Assembly: GCA_964016885.1 (NCBI GenBank)
Contig: OZ024744.1
Coordinates: forward strand, 95,976,001-96,040,000
Direction: 5' to 3'
Length of the DNA stretch: 64,000 nucleotides
Source: Eledone cirrhosa
Lineage: Eukaryota
Made by a program: the position numbers and the translations under genes. Positions 50,117 to 63,428 of the stretch are shown here, piece after piece (within the stretch, counting starts at the first letter, position 1; every line of letters starts with the position of its first letter). Below the pieces are notes generated by a model. It saw only the letters and a list, made by a program, of their open reading frames with translations, did no database searches and was not told the origin of the DNA.

Positions 50117-53100
50117 GTTAACTTTTATAAAAAAATATATACATATATATCTACACAGCAATTAATGTACCCTTGTACAGTGAACAGAGAACAGCCAATA
50201 TTGAGAAAAAGTTAAAGGGCAAAAAGAAACAGACATTCAAAACATAAGGAAATATGAAAAATACATAAAATACAGATATATATCTTTAAAAAAAAAAATT
50301 TTCCTTCAACGTCTGTCCCCTCGCGTTGCTTCAACGAACCAGCCAAATCAAATAAGGTAAAAAAAAAAAGGAGGAGGAAAAAATGTTTGTTTTTTTAAAA
50401 AAAATATATCCGCGTTGGATATCAACAAAGGTAGCCAGTGGCTAAAAATCCCTTAGAAAAAGGTAAGGCATGTATATCCCCATGCGGGGCAGTTATGTTC
50501 ACAAAAAAAAGTTTAGTCTCTTCTCTCTTGATCAGTCATGGAACACACACGCAATTCAAAAAATGTGTCCGTTTCAAAACTGGGAAGGAACGCAACGCCA
50601 CCTTGGAAAAATACACTTTTTTCTTTTTTCTTCTGTAAGTTGCGAAAAAGTTGGCAACGGAAATGGAATATGCAAGTGAATAAAAAAAAAAGTTGCTCTA
50701 AATTATTTACACGAATGAATCGTTTTGAAATTTCCGATGTGTGGTGGTTTGCGTCGGTAGGGCTATGAAGCTGCCACTCACTATTCCCTGTTTTGGTCAG
50801 TGGTTAAACAATGTTGTCGCTGATGCTGCTGTCGTTGTTGTTGTCAAGTGTAGCAAAAGGTTTTTGAAATACTACTAATTTTTCAATAATTTTAAAAGGA
50901 ATATTTTTTATTTTCGCAAGTTGCGAAAAAAGGCCGGCAATGTGGCAATAAAAGTTCAGCTGAATGAAAAAGAAGGGCTGCGTTAAATTCTTACGTCGGT
51001 CACCACTTTAGCAGTATGGTTTATAGATGTTATCGAGATACGAGTGACATAATAATTATTTCAACAGCAGAAATTAGAGATGAAATATACGTTTATTTTT
51101 TGATGTAGCACAAACAATGGTGTGGTACAGAGACTGGTTTCTGGCGTGTGATCCGTCGGCTTTCCAGTGGCTGTCTGTCTTTTCTTTCTGGCGTTCTCAA
51201 CCGGCGTTGTTCTATCAAGGAGCGTGAGGCGTCTTACTACAAATTCTTCAACACAAAACACGAAGGCTGCATTGTCAGAGCTAGAGCGCGTGCTCTGAAA
51301 CACGAGGAGACGAAAGCTGTCCAATGGGCCTGGGTGGTAGAGGCGCAACGTGGCAACAAAGTCACAATTCTGTCTTTGTCTGACCAAAACGGGTGCGTGT
51401 TGCTCGAACTCGAGCAGAAGTGTGAGGCTTTTCAGCAGCACTTTGCTGAACTGTTCAGGAGCGGCGGCGGCCCGGATTGGGGCATGGACTTCAGTGCATA
51501 CCTCGACGGACTGCCTCGACTCTCGACGACCGCAGCACAGTGTTGCGAAAATCCAATAACAGCCGGTGAAATACGGGAAACGATGGATAAATGCACAAGG
51601 GGTAAATCGCCAGGTTTGGATGGTCTGCTCTACAAGCTTTATGCCTTTATGCCAGACTTGTTCGGTGACCTCTTGGCAGACGTCTACTGCAACTGGTAGC
51701 AGAACGGGAGCATTCCCAGTTTTGTGAGCCGGGGAGTGGTGGCGCTGCTGAGAAAAGACCCGAACAAGGGGGACGTTAGCGATAACTTCAGGCCCATAAC
51801 TCTGCAAAATACAGAGTTCAAGATTTTGGCCAAGGTGTTAGCAACAAGGTTGGCGCTTGTCGTCGAGGGTCTGATGGGAGAGGCGCAGACATGCGCCATT
51901 CCGGACAGATCGATACATGACAACCTCCACCTCATACGATACATCGTAGAGAGAGTGGTTAAGGAACTTGGCACGGATGGGGCCCTGATCAACTTGGATC
52001 AGTCCAAAGCATTCGATAGGGTCAACCATTGGTACCTGGCGGCGGTCCTCAAGAAGCCGGTTTCGGGCCCGTTTTCAGGGGTTGGATCACTGTGATGTAC
52101 AGCGACATCTGCTCTGTTGTGAGGGTGAACGGTCACCTGTTGCAGCCGTTCAGCATCATGCGCTCGGTCCGCCAGGGTTGTCCCCTCTTGTCCCTCTTGT
52201 ACGTATTGGCTCTCGAGCCATTACTGCACAAACTGGGGGTGATGAGGGGCGTCCCACGCGAACTAGGATGTGGGAAATTCGAGTAGGCTTATGCCGACGA
52301 TGTCACCGTGGTGGTGTCGAGCACCATGCCGTCTGACAGCATTGTGGGGGCATTGGACAGACGGAACTGTTAAATTGCTTGGGTCTGGTTCGGACCGGAC
52401 CTCCGGATGGAGAAAAACTGGAGCAAGGTGACCAGCAGGGTGGCCTCCCTCAACCAGAAATGGGCCGAGCGGAAGCTGTCCCTGAAAAGCCGGGCGGAGG
52501 TGGTGAATGCGTACATCGCATCCGTCATCTGCTACCGCCTCACCGTCGTCCCTTGCCCCGGCCCAAAATGGAGTGCCTCCTCTTCCGCTTTTTGTGGAAG
52601 TGACGCGCTCCCATGGTCAGACGATCCATCTGCTGTCAACACCCGTTGCGTGGAGGACTGGGCATGCCATGGTTGATGATGCGCAAACATGCGCTGAGTC
52701 TGCGACATCCCTGGTGCTTCCTTGACGGTGAACAGGTGTGGTCGCCGTTCGCCAGGCATGTTTTCCCACAGCTCGTCTCCTTGACGGAGCTGCAGTCCTG
52801 GGTCAGGAAAAGACCGAGGGATAGCGCTTGGAAACTGGAATGTCTCCAGGCACTCACTGCCCTCTGCCAGCTGGGCACCAGTATCGGTGGAACATCCACC
52901 TCGGCGTTCTATAGAGGACTAGTGGAGGGGAAGAGCGACGACGTTCTCGGAGAGATCCTGGGCATCGAAGATCAGCTATTTGCTCTCTTCCGGAGAACTT
53001 TCAGCCCAGGGCCTATGGATAACTTCCAAAAATCCCTGGCCTGGCAGTGCTACCGGGGAGCTTTGCCGGTTTGAGATAAGCTCTACAGGCACGGAAGTGC

Positions 53101-54400
53101 CGTCAGCCGAGCCTGTTCGAGATGCGCGCAGAGCAACAAAACTGTCGTGCACGCACTCGTTCAGTGCCCGAGAATTGCTGACTTGTGGAGCTATGTCGAA
53201 CAGTTGCTGTCGCGTGTAGGACCAATCCGGTTATCGACTGAGTCCATTATGAGATGGTCTCGCCGTCTTCCTTTGAGGAGGAAGGGCAGGCGGTTTTCAT
53301 CTGCCTGGTGGCCATGGCGAAAGAGATTGTGTGGTGGACAAGGTTGAAGGGGTTAAAGACAGACACTTTCCTCTTCGGCGAATCCCTGATTAACTTTTTC
53401 AAGTTTCACTTGAAGAGGAAAATCAGGGTGGAGAGGCAATTGCTGCCTTCTAGCAAGTTTGTTGAAAGGTGGGTTAATGTAGCGAGAATGGTCCGATTGA
53501 ACGGGACCACTCTGAATATACGTCTGTAGTTTGAGAGATGGAAAAATTGAGAGAGGGCGCTTGCCCTGGTGGTCAGGGTGGCCGTGGTCTTTTGTGTGGT
53601 TTACGTCACGAGTAACCCTCGGAGGTTTCCCCCCAATTGGGGAATTTTTCATTGTTTGAATTTTCATTTTTATTGTTTATATATATATATGTTTCTGTCT
53701 TTTTTCTTTTTCGTTTCTTATATAAATAATAAAAATCTTTACACGCACAAAACCCACATCGTACCGTCCTGTACCGTCCTGTGCCGTCTGTAATGTTTTT
53801 CTTGATGTCAGCCCTTGTGACCAATAAAGAAATCATTATTATTATTATTATAAGAAAATTATATTATTATTATATATCATAATTAATGATATTATATATT
53901 ATATTATTAAAACAAAAAAATAATGAAAGTTAAAACAATATGTGACAAGGGGTGACAAGACTTTTGGACCACCCTGTACATTCCATTTTTGACATGGATT
54001 TCTACAGCTGGACGTTCTTCTTAACACTAACCATTTCACAGCTTGTACTGGGTGCATTTTATCATGGCACCAACACTGCCACTTTACAGAGTAGGCTTGG
54101 TGTAGTTTATCATGACACCAACACTACCACATTACAGAGTGTACTGGGTATATATTATTCTGGTACCAGCACTACCACTTTATAGAGTGTACCCGAAGCA
54201 AGTACAGACGAATGAATATAAATTATATATATATTTAAAATATATTTGCAATGTTATTCTACTGTAAATTTATACAATTGTAATCAAATGAATTATGTGA
54301 GTACAAAAGGAAATGAAAGTAACATCAGATAACATAACTAGTAACAACAGTAATAATTCACATTCTGTCTTCGTCAACATCCAAAACATAAACATATATG

Positions 54401-54723
54401 GAGGCACATGGCTTAGTGGTTAGAGCATTGGCCTTGCAATCGAAAGGTTGTGAGTTCAATTCTCAGACCGGGTGATGTGTTGTTTCCTTGAGCAAGACAC
54501 TTTATTTCACATTGCTCCAGTTTACTCAGCTGTAGAAATGAGATGATAGGGACTGGGGTCGATATCATTCCACTGCAAAGTGGTCGTGGAGGTGCCACGG
54601 CAAAAAAGCACCCAGCACTCACTGTAAATGAGGTTGGTGTTAGGAAGGGTATCCAGCTGTAGAAATCAAGCTAGAATCAATTCCCGTCCCACCCTTGCAA
54701 GCAGGGAAAAAGCGGACGTAAAA
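54401..54723 (+). mobile_element. SINE family B: tRNA head, CORE-like domain, RTE 5'UTR-like segment, RTE 3' tail
   Basis: GGAGGCACATGGCTTAGTGGTTAGAGC..GTGAGTTCAATTC; CCTTGAGCAAGACACTT; tail CCCGTCCCACCCTTGCAAGCAGGGAAAA(A)GCGGACGTAAAAT, nearly identical to RTE 12578-12619. Confidence 0.85.
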
Positions 54724-54799
54724 TTATGAAATGATGAAATGAAATGATACCGACCATAATTAAATATGGAATGATATGCGATGCCCCCCCCCCCCCCCA

Positions 54800-56010
54800 C
54801 AGCCCCAGCGGTCAGAATGGAGAAGGCGTTTCCCCGGAGGATGGCAAGGGAGACGCGCTGGAAAAGTCACTCCAACTCGCGGGGCTCACACCTGCGGCTG
54901 GCCAGCTCAGCACCTATGGTGGTGAGTAGGGAGGTAGCCCTAGAGGGCCGAACACACCAGAAGTCTCCACTGCCAGGTGTACAACCGCAAACCTGTCGGA
55001 GAGTGACCGGTATTTGGAGAGTTTGGCCTCCTCAGCCTGACGTGCAGCAGAACCCGGGTTAATCGCAGACTGTACCAGGTTGCGGCTGCAGGAAGTGTCG
55101 GTGCAAGTGGCATCCCAGACGAGGGGTTTGCCACCGTGGAACGGGAAGATGGGCATGCCATCTGGCCTTTTGTCATCCCCTCGATCCAGCCCTACCGGCT
55201 CGAGCTAGGAAGGGAAGCCTGCAGCGTTCAAGCCATGCTTTATGACCTCATTGAGGGCAGCATGGTGGGGAAGGCGGCTGGCACTGTGGCGACAGGAAAG
55301 CAGGTGGAGGCCAAAAGAGTTCACGGTGGATCCACAGCGACATTGGTGTGGCTGGCAGATCCGGAGGCCGAGCCTCAGGGAAACGCCGATGCGCAGGCTA
55401 TGGTTGTCTAGCTGCGTGCCAGTGGAGAAGGAGAGCAGGGCATGGAGCCAGGCACCTCTGTGGGGTTTGGAGGCCGCACAAAAACAGGCAAGGCGGTGCT
55501 GGTTGAGCTGGCGCGTGAGCCTGTCTGAGGCCAGGTTGCGCTGGATGGCATCCCAAGTGCTTTGAGGGGACTTGACGTCAACAGGGGGGAAAAGGAGGAG
55601 GGACGTCTACTGGGTTAAGTCCCAGCCGGTCCCACGTCTCACGGGCGGCCTCACGTTCTCTGAACACAGAGGGTTCTATTGTGCTTAGAAGAACCCTGCT
55701 GATGAGGACACGGTACGAGGTTACCGATGAAAGATATGTCGGCAAAGCCAGTGAGATTGGGGACCGGAGGCAAAGGCTGCCATACCTGACAGGTATAGTG
55801 GCCTGTTCCCACCCTATGTCGTCAAACTTGACGTTGCATATCTTCTCGGCTGCTTCTCGGATACAAGTATTGAGGTCAGCGAGGAGAGATGTCTGGGTGT
55901 AGCACGGAGCGCTGCGAAGGGTATAGAGGAGCTTCGGCATGGCGAAGCAGTTCCTCAACAGAAAGTGGGTTGGGTGGCCGTCGATCAAGCCCAGTCGGCT
56001 TGTGAGAGTC
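54800..56010 (-). mobile_element. 5'-truncated CRE-like non-LTR retrotransposon (zinc knuckle and restriction-like endonuclease)
   Basis: LLRNCFAMPKLLYTLRS, LRLGL..CRCG..GLHLLSC, KRPDG..LVWDATCTDT, AEEAKLSKY, AVETSGVFGP; frameshifts. Confidence 0.85.
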
Positions 56011-56029
56011 TGGAGTTGATGGTATATAT

Positions 56030-56345
56030 TTTTCTGGTACCAATACTACCACTATACAGGTTGTACTGGGTACATATTGTTGTGGCACCAATGCTACCAC
56101 TTTACAGAGTGTACCGGGTACATATTGTCGTGGCACCAATGCTACCACTTTACAGAGTGTACTGGGTACATATTGCCGTGGCACCAATGCTACCACTTTA
56201 CAGAGTGGGATGGGTATATTTTATCATGGCACCAATGCTACCACTTTACAGGTTGTACTGGGTACATATTGTTGTGGCACCAATGCTACCACTTTACAGA
56301 GTGGGATGGGTATATTTTATCATGGCACCAACACAGCTACCTTAA
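56030..56345. repeat. minisatellite of about 48-50 bp, roughly 6 copies, reverse-oriented relative of the 1-1320 unit
   Basis: GTGGCACCAATGCTACCACTTTACAGAGTGTACTGGGTACATATTG. Confidence 0.88.
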
Positions 56346-56552
56346 AAGGTACAGTGGGTGATTTTTATTGTGGCATTAGGAAACAACAATTTCTTCTGTA
56401 GTAGAGGGAGACTCAGAACTATCTGGGCAGGGGTGAGAACTGGTCTCAAATCACTGATCTTTACATCAGACTGGAGATGATAAAGGAGCACTGCGAGTGG
56501 AAGGAGGCTGGGCTCTGATGTAAGATTGCAAGCATGGAGAAGCAAAAGTTAA

Positions 56553-56852
56553 ATGACGATGATGAACATGCTGATGGTGGCGGTGGTGGTGATAATGATA
56601 ATGATGCTGATGGTGGTGGTGGTGATGGTGATGTGTATGATGATGATGATGATGATGAACATGATGGTAGTTGTTGTGGTGGTGGTGGTGGTGGTGTGTA
56701 TGATGATGATGATGATGATGAACATGATGGTAGTTGAGGTGGTGGTGGTGATGGTGGTGGTGGTGTGTATGATGATGATGATGATGAACATGATGGTAGT
56801 TGTGGTGGTGGTGGTGGTGGTGGTAGTTGTGGTGGTGGTGGTGATGGTGTGT

Positions 56853-56883
<31 letters not shown>

Positions 56884-56955
56884 TGATGGTAGTTGTGGTG
56901 GTGGTGGTGGCGGTGGTGGCGATGATGATGATGATGATGATGATGATAATAATAA
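56553..56955. repeat. higher-order (GAT)n/(GGT)n repeat
   Basis: Unit GTGTAT(GAT)nGAACATGATGGTAGTTGT(GGT)n, about 4 copies. Confidence 0.9.
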
Positions 56956-57615
56956 TTATTTCTACTTTTGGCACAAGGCCAACAATTTACCCCAGTGTAT
57001 TACTGGTAACTTTATTTTATTATCGACCCCACCCCACCACCACCACCACCACCACCTGTAAGGACGAAATGCAAAGTTAACCTCGGCGGCGGGATTTGAA
57101 CTCAGAATGGCAAGGGCCGCAACTCTATGCGTCAAAGCACGGCGCGTCCGACCCTCTACCGATACTGCCAATGATGATAATGATAATGACCACCATAGTG
57201 ATGGCGATGATCACCATGGTGATGATGATGATGATGGTGATGATGGTGATGATGATGATGATGATGATTATGATGATGATGATGAGGAGGAGGAGGAGTA
57301 TATGACACCAAAGTTACATATTTGAATTCAGCCCTACTCACCTAGATTGCAATATAATCCCAGACTATGAAGAAAGCAGTAAAACATTTATTTGGTTTAG
57401 ATAAGTAAAATCATCTTTTTTTTTTTTTTTTTTTTCTGTCACCCTCTAAAGAAGATCCAAACTAACCCCCCCCCACACACACACATTTCTGAAGAAATGG
57501 TATAGTGGTATAGCTTGTGACTATAACATTTGTTATTATGCATCTTTACAATCTGGTAAAAGTAGGTAAAAGTAAGTGGTTGTAGCCCCTCAAAGACTTT
57601 GTATATATATATATG

Positions 57616-58001
57616 AATAATTGTTTCTACTTTTGGCACAAGGCCAGCAACTACCCCACCCAGTGCATTACTGGTACTTTATTTTATCGACCCCCGTAAG
57701 GATGAAAGGCAAAGTTAACCTCGGCGGGATTTATTTGAACTCAGACCATAAAGGGCCATAACTCAATGCGGCAAAGCATGGCGTCCGACCCTCTGCCGAT
57801 ACTGCCAATCTAAAATAATTGTTTCTACTTTTGGCACAAGGCCAGCAACTACCCAGTGCATTACTGGTACTTTATTTTATCGACCCCCGTAAGGATGAAA
57901 GGCAAAGTTAACCTCGGCGGGATTTGAACTCAGAATGGCAAGGGCCGTAACTCTATGCGTCACAGCATGGCGTCCGACCCTCTACCGATTACTGCCAATC
58001 C
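57616..58001 (-). mobile_element. two tandem SINE A copies
   Basis: Same family as 2311-2497. Further copies at about 45586 (+), 56953, 59946, 60544, 62179 and 63232. Confidence 0.85.
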
Positions 58002-58895
58002 AAAGGAATTGGAAGAATTATTATCTCTTTTGATTCCAAATTGCTTGAAACTGTCCTGGTTTTATAATGCAAAAATATAAACCACATATTAACAACAGAA
58101 TGGAACTCAGCACTCTCAATACTTGACATGAAAAGAACACACCTACATACACACAGATGCAACTTAAACACAACAATTTACACAAGAAATTTGCTTCATT
58201 TAGATGATACATATGGCAATTGATGTCTTGCTCCTGCCTCCCATGGATACTGGACACTACAGCAAACATCAAAACACAATACTTTGAAAGCAATTTCTAA
58301 ATTTTGAATTTAAATCTGATTTCAAAGTGATAAGACACTTTGCTCTAAGACTTCCCCATACGCTAAAGAAGTGGTTTTTAAGTCCCGAAATATCAGGGCT
58401 TAAAAAAAAATAACAAAAAAAAACACAACAAAAAAACAACAAAAAAAAAAACAACAAAAAACAATTAAAAAAAAAAAAAAAACAGCAAAAAACAAACAAA
58501 AAAAAACAAAACAAAAACAAAAACAAAAAAACAATAATAATAAATACCAGATAAACCTTTTTGTTGCCTTAATTTTTCTGTCCATTTCACATTGTCTTCG
58601 GATCCTTTTAAACCACATTTAAACCGGTCATATCTGGCCAGAATTCTCTCATCTGTTTCTGTTCAAACCGGCTATAATCGATTGCTCATACTTATGATAA
58701 GGTATTGGTCTCAAAATAAATAATATCAAAGTCGTGTAGATTCGATATTATGTGAGATATTTATGTGAGGTAAAGTGTTCACTGTGAAAATACAATAGTA
58801 AATATAGAGTAATGTAAATACTAAAGAGTTAAACATATAATTTTCTACATAATATACTATACACAATGCTTCAAGCAAACTACAACTTTCTATTA

Positions 58896-59874
58896 TCTAT
58901 AAATCTAAAACAGAGAATGTCTGTCTGTCTGTCTGTCTGTCTGACTCCCTAAAACTCGAGAACCACCCAACCGATTGTTTTCAAACTTTACACATGTAAT
59001 ACTTATGGTCGTGTGAGTGTTTTGAGCAAAATATATTTAAAATTTTCAAAGCCCCAGGGACCCCATTAGGCGCTGAACGTCGCGCCCTTATAATATTTGT
59101 CTGTATGTCTGGCTGTCTGCATTACGACATTATGACACTATCTGTGTGTGTATATATGTATATATAGTGTGTGTGTATATATATATATAGTGTATAACGT
59201 TTTTCGAAATATTTACTTCTGCATTCACAGATTGATTTTTTTAGTTTCAGAAGATCCCGTTAAGGGTGAAAGCAGCGATTCTTTGCTTAAACTTTAATCT
59301 GTTATTTTAATATATATATATATATAATTATATATTCGTGTACAGATATTTTTGCATACACAAAAACAAAATATAAACAGCAGCAGAAACAACAACAAAA
59401 AAGAGAGGGAACGCAATTTCATGCTTTTGAAAAATCGCAATGGAAAATTATTTGCCTATTCACCGAAGGCGACTTCACTTTTTATTAGGACTTCTGCATC
59501 AATTGGTGAACATACGACGAAACATTGAAAGGAGTAAGACCACACCACTCTCCACCACTGCAGTCCCACATGCTTACTGCTCTGTAACTATTACTTTCAT
59601 TGTACCATAGCACAACAAATACATGTTCGGTTTGTCGAATGCCTATTTTACTTAACCCTATCGTCTTGGCTTTCGTGGGTTGAACACTTTACTCTCAGGC
59701 ACCCAATTAAGTTAAACCCCTGGTAATCTATGACAAATTTTTTTTATAAGCACAAAATGTAGACACCATCCCCAGGCCGAGGTATTCTGTACTTCTCTAT
59801 ACTGTTTCAGAAAGGAGGGATAAACATGCCAATCTATGTTTAGAATCCCGAGCAATGCCGGGCCATTCTGCTAG
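58896..59874 (+). mobile_element. non-autonomous Helitron-like element
   Basis: A|TC start, (GTCT)n near the 5' end, 3' hairpin CCCGAGCAATGCCGGG, CTAG|T end. An internal piece recurs inverted at about 63826-63932. Confidence 0.78.
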
Positions 59875-60289
59875 TTCATATCTATATTAAAACCTTCCAT
59901 AAGAAAAAAAAAAAAAAAGTTAACTAATGTTTCAATCATCAGTTTAATAATTGTTTCTATTTTTGGCACACGGCCAGCAATTATCCCAGTGCATTACTGG
60001 TACTTTATTTTATCGACCTCCCTAAGGATGAAAGGCAAAGTTAACCTCGGCAGGATTTGAACTCAGACCGTAAAGGGACGTAACTCTATGCTGCAAAGCA
60101 TGGCGTCCGACCCTCTACTTATACTGCCAATAATAATGGATTCTAATTTAGGCCCAAGGTCAATAATGGAAATGGAAGTCAATTAAATGAATTTTGGTAC
60201 TTCACTGGTTCTATATCTTATCAATCATGGAAGGATATAAGGCAAAGTTGATTTTGGCAGGATTTGAACTCAGAATATACAGAGCCAGA

Positions 60290-60462
60290 ACAATGGGCAT
60301 GTGGTTAGAATGTCTCGGGAAAGAATCACTGGACAGATTTTATGGGCAAAACCAACCACCAGAAGACCCAAGGATAGACCCTGAGCAAAATGGGTGGATA
60401 ACATCCATGAACTTGGCTGATTTTGCTTAGTGATCCAGTTGGAGCAGTAGGAGATAGTTGCT
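60290..60462 (+). mobile_element. old RTE-type 3' fragment from a second family (related piece at 22263-22396, -)
   Basis: GHVVRMSRERITGQIL..RRPKDRP*AKWVDNI. Confidence 0.55.
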
Positions 60463-61069
60463 TAATTTTTTTTGGTGGACCCCCCTTAATCTTATTTTAT
60501 ATTTTATTTTATGTATAGATAAGTTTAGGAATTGTATTATAGAAATAATTGTTTCTAGTTTAGGCTCAAGGCCAGCAATTACCCAGTGCATTACTGGTAC
60601 TTTATTTTATCGAAAGGCAAAGAAAGTCAACCTCGGCGGGATTTGAACTCAGAATAGCAAGGGCCGCAACTCTATACGTCAAAGCATGGCGTCCGACCCT
60701 CTACCAATACTGCCAATAGAAATAATAAGTGTAAATTCTTAATTTTGAAGTAAAACTAATTTAATGATTATAAACTTTGAACATTTATACACACAAGTAA
60801 AATAATTCGTAATAAAACAATTTTAAATATCTGAGTAATTAATAAATTAAAAAAATGATGCAGATTTATTCAATGAGATCCCTGTGCTTTGTGAGTTCTT
60901 TTATATCAGCTCCATTGATGTCAATGACAGTCAAAGATCATCCTTTTTCACAATGTCGAGTCAAGTCTATTATGGCCTTTTGATAGTAAGTGAGACACAC
61001 AACTAAAACCCGTTTCAACAATACACAATGTATTTTTCACTATACATTGTACCATGGAAAGGCACGTGG

Positions 61070-61260
61070 CCGAGTGGTTAGAGAATTGGATTCGCAATCG
61101 TGGGGTTGTGAGTTTGATTCCTGAACCGGGCGATGCGTTATGTTTTTGGGCAAGATACTTTATTTCACATTGCTCCTTCTACCTGGAGTTGCGACCAATA
61201 GATAGTATTAGCAATTGGAAAGACCAATGGAAACATTGTTTCCTCAGTAGATCGACTGTC
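61070..61260 (+). mobile_element. tRNA/CORE-like SINE
   Basis: GGCACGTGGCCGAGTGGTTAGAG..GTGAGTTTGATTCC..GGGCAAGATACTTTATTTCACATTGCTCC. Confidence 0.7.
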
Positions 61261-61662
61261 GATTGTACCATAAGCGACGAAAAATACCAGATTTGTATTA
61301 AAGTAGCATTAATGTTGATGATAGCCATCTAAAGAACCAAAGTTATGTAAATATTTCTATTTCTAGTATTTCAATATGGCGTAGATTACTGTATAAATTC
61401 CAATTCTCAGTTGTAACAACCATTCCAAAGTGAAATTGTTCAATGGACCACTAAAATATTACCATGGACCCCCCCCCCCCCCATTTGCTATTTTTTTTGT
61501 GTGCACCTTTAATAATGTTACATGGACCCCCCCCCCCCCAGGGTGTATATGGACCTCAGTTGAGAACCATTAGTCTACATTGTTGCACAACCATCTAGAA
61601 GTAGTAGCCAAATTTTCCTAAAATCACATCCTATTATTTTATAAAAGAGCAGCACACATTAA

Positions 61663-61883
61663 CCCTTTAGCATTTAAACTGGCTGTATCCGGCCAGAATT
61701 TTCTCACCTCATTCTGTTCAAACTGGCCATAACTGGCCACTCATACTGACATTAAGGTATTGTTCTCAAAATAAATAACATCAAAATATCGTTGATTCGA
61801 TATTATATGAGATAATTATGTAAGATAAATCTTTTAACTAAAAAATACAATAGTATATATAGAGTAATATAACTGCTAAAGGG
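61663..61883. mobile_element. uninterrupted 221-bp piggyBac-like MITE, TSD TTAA
   Basis: TTAA|CCCTTTAGCA...TGCTAAAGGG|TTAA. Confidence 0.82.
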
Positions 61884-63127
61884 TTAAATAAGATAATGTA
61901 GTTATACATTTACCTAAGAACACAAGATGTCAATTATTGGAATACATTTGATCATATATCTGCTATATCAGATTGGTCTTGTGACTAAACAACAAGAACA
62001 ACACCTAGATCACTCTCTTCAAGTTACCTAGAAACACAGCTTTATTTTGTCTTTTATCTATAATATATCTTCTCTAAATTTTTTCTACTTTTGACCATTT
62101 CAGGTAAAAGTATGTATATTAAATTTGATCAGTTTGTATACTTCAGAACATAATTGTATCACAGCCATGATTGACTATAATAATTGTTTCTACTTTTGGC
62201 ACAAGACCAGCAATTATCCAAGTGTATTACTAGTACTTTATTTTATCGAGCCCGTAAAGGTGAAAGGCAAAGTTAACCTCGGCGGAATTTGAACTCAGAA
62301 TGGCAAGGGCCGTAACTCTATGCGTCAAAGCATGGCGTCTGACCCTCTACCGATACTGCCAATCCACCAATAATATATCATTCATTCATTCGTCGACTAC
62401 TGTCGAGATGACGGATCTCACTCTCATGCCCCAGAATTCAGGAACCCCGGTGCAGTTAGTTGCGAAATCCATCATCTTTTCAAATAGCCAATTATATATA
62501 CTAACTATTATTAACATAGTAAATTGTGTGATATTTGATATAGAGTGATATAGAGAGCAAAGAAATTTTAATTAATCAAAATTATACTCTTATTGATAGC
62601 AAACATCATTATCTTAATAGCTAATTCTGGTTAAGAAAAGCAGAAGACACAGCACCATGATTTAAATCAATCAGACTTAATTAAATATACATTGAAGTGT
62701 AGAAAGATTGACATTCAGACTAATCTAAGTGTTACTACAAGTTGTTATTAATATAATTCAGTTGAGAGATTTGCCAGTAAATTTTATTTATGGAACTAAT
62801 TTATGATGTATCTTTTATGAGAATTGGCCATATGAAATTGAAATGCCAACAGTAAAGTGGTAGTGTTATTACCAAGAAAAGAACACCCAGTTCACCCTGT
62901 CAGGTGGTAGTGTTGGTACCACGAGAAAACAAACTCCTTAGTACATACTATGAAGTGGTTGATGTTAGTAAGGGCATCTGGCAGTAGAGAGTATACCAAA
63001 ATCAGAATATATGAGCAAGACACAGTCATCTTACCTGTCTATCTTGTCTCAGAATTTGACAACCCATCTAACTCGTACAAACATGGGAAAATAGATGTTA
63101 AATAGCGATGATGTTGTTGACGACGAC

Positions 63128-63166
<39 letters not shown>

Positions 63167-63390
63167 AATGTTGATGGTGTTGATGATGATGATGATAATG
63201 ATAATGATGATGATGATGATGATGTTGATTATAATTGTTTCTACTTTTTTGGCACAAGGCCAGCAATTATCCCAGTGCATTACTGGTACTTTATTTTATT
63301 GCCCCCCCCCCCCCCGTAAGGATGAAAGGCAAAGTTAACCTCAGCAGGATTTGAAGGTTAACTTTGCCTTTCATGGTGGTGTTGATTATA

Positions 63391-63428
<38 letters not shown>

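Larger units (their letters stand above)
45962..51241 (-). mobile_element. Ty3/Gypsy LTR retrotransposon, complete but degenerate; TSD AATT
   Basis: 5' LTR 51241-51007 starting TGTAGT; PBS TGGTGACCGACGT at about 51005-50993 (tRNA-Trp-like); gag, PR, RT, RH, IN order; short 3' LTR 46032-45962; AATT at 45958-45961 and 51242-51245. Confidence 0.95.
45781..53850 (+). mobile_element. 5'-truncated Tx1/L1-like LINE interrupted by a Gypsy element (LINE parts 45781-45961 and 51242-53850)
   Basis: KSPGLDGL, NFRPITL, LDQSKAFDRVNH, VRQGCPL, YADD (about 52289), C-terminal CxxC..H..C; AATAAA and (ATT)n tail. The reading frame LDQF|FNTKHE is restored when the Gypsy is removed. Confidence 0.9.

Noticed and set aside
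54401-54475. tRNA gene
   Set aside because: A and B boxes are present, but the sequence runs into a SINE body with no acceptor stem or terminator, and it is multi-copy. The same holds for SINE A heads.
56534-57341. Asp/Gly-rich biomineralisation-like ORFs
   Set aside because: Compound (GAT)/(GGT) microsatellite arising from an element tail, with frames broken between units and no splice signals.
60860-60990. Possible + strand exon ending in GTAAGT
   Set aside because: The acceptor lacks a pyrimidine tract, I recognise no protein, and there are no partner exons.
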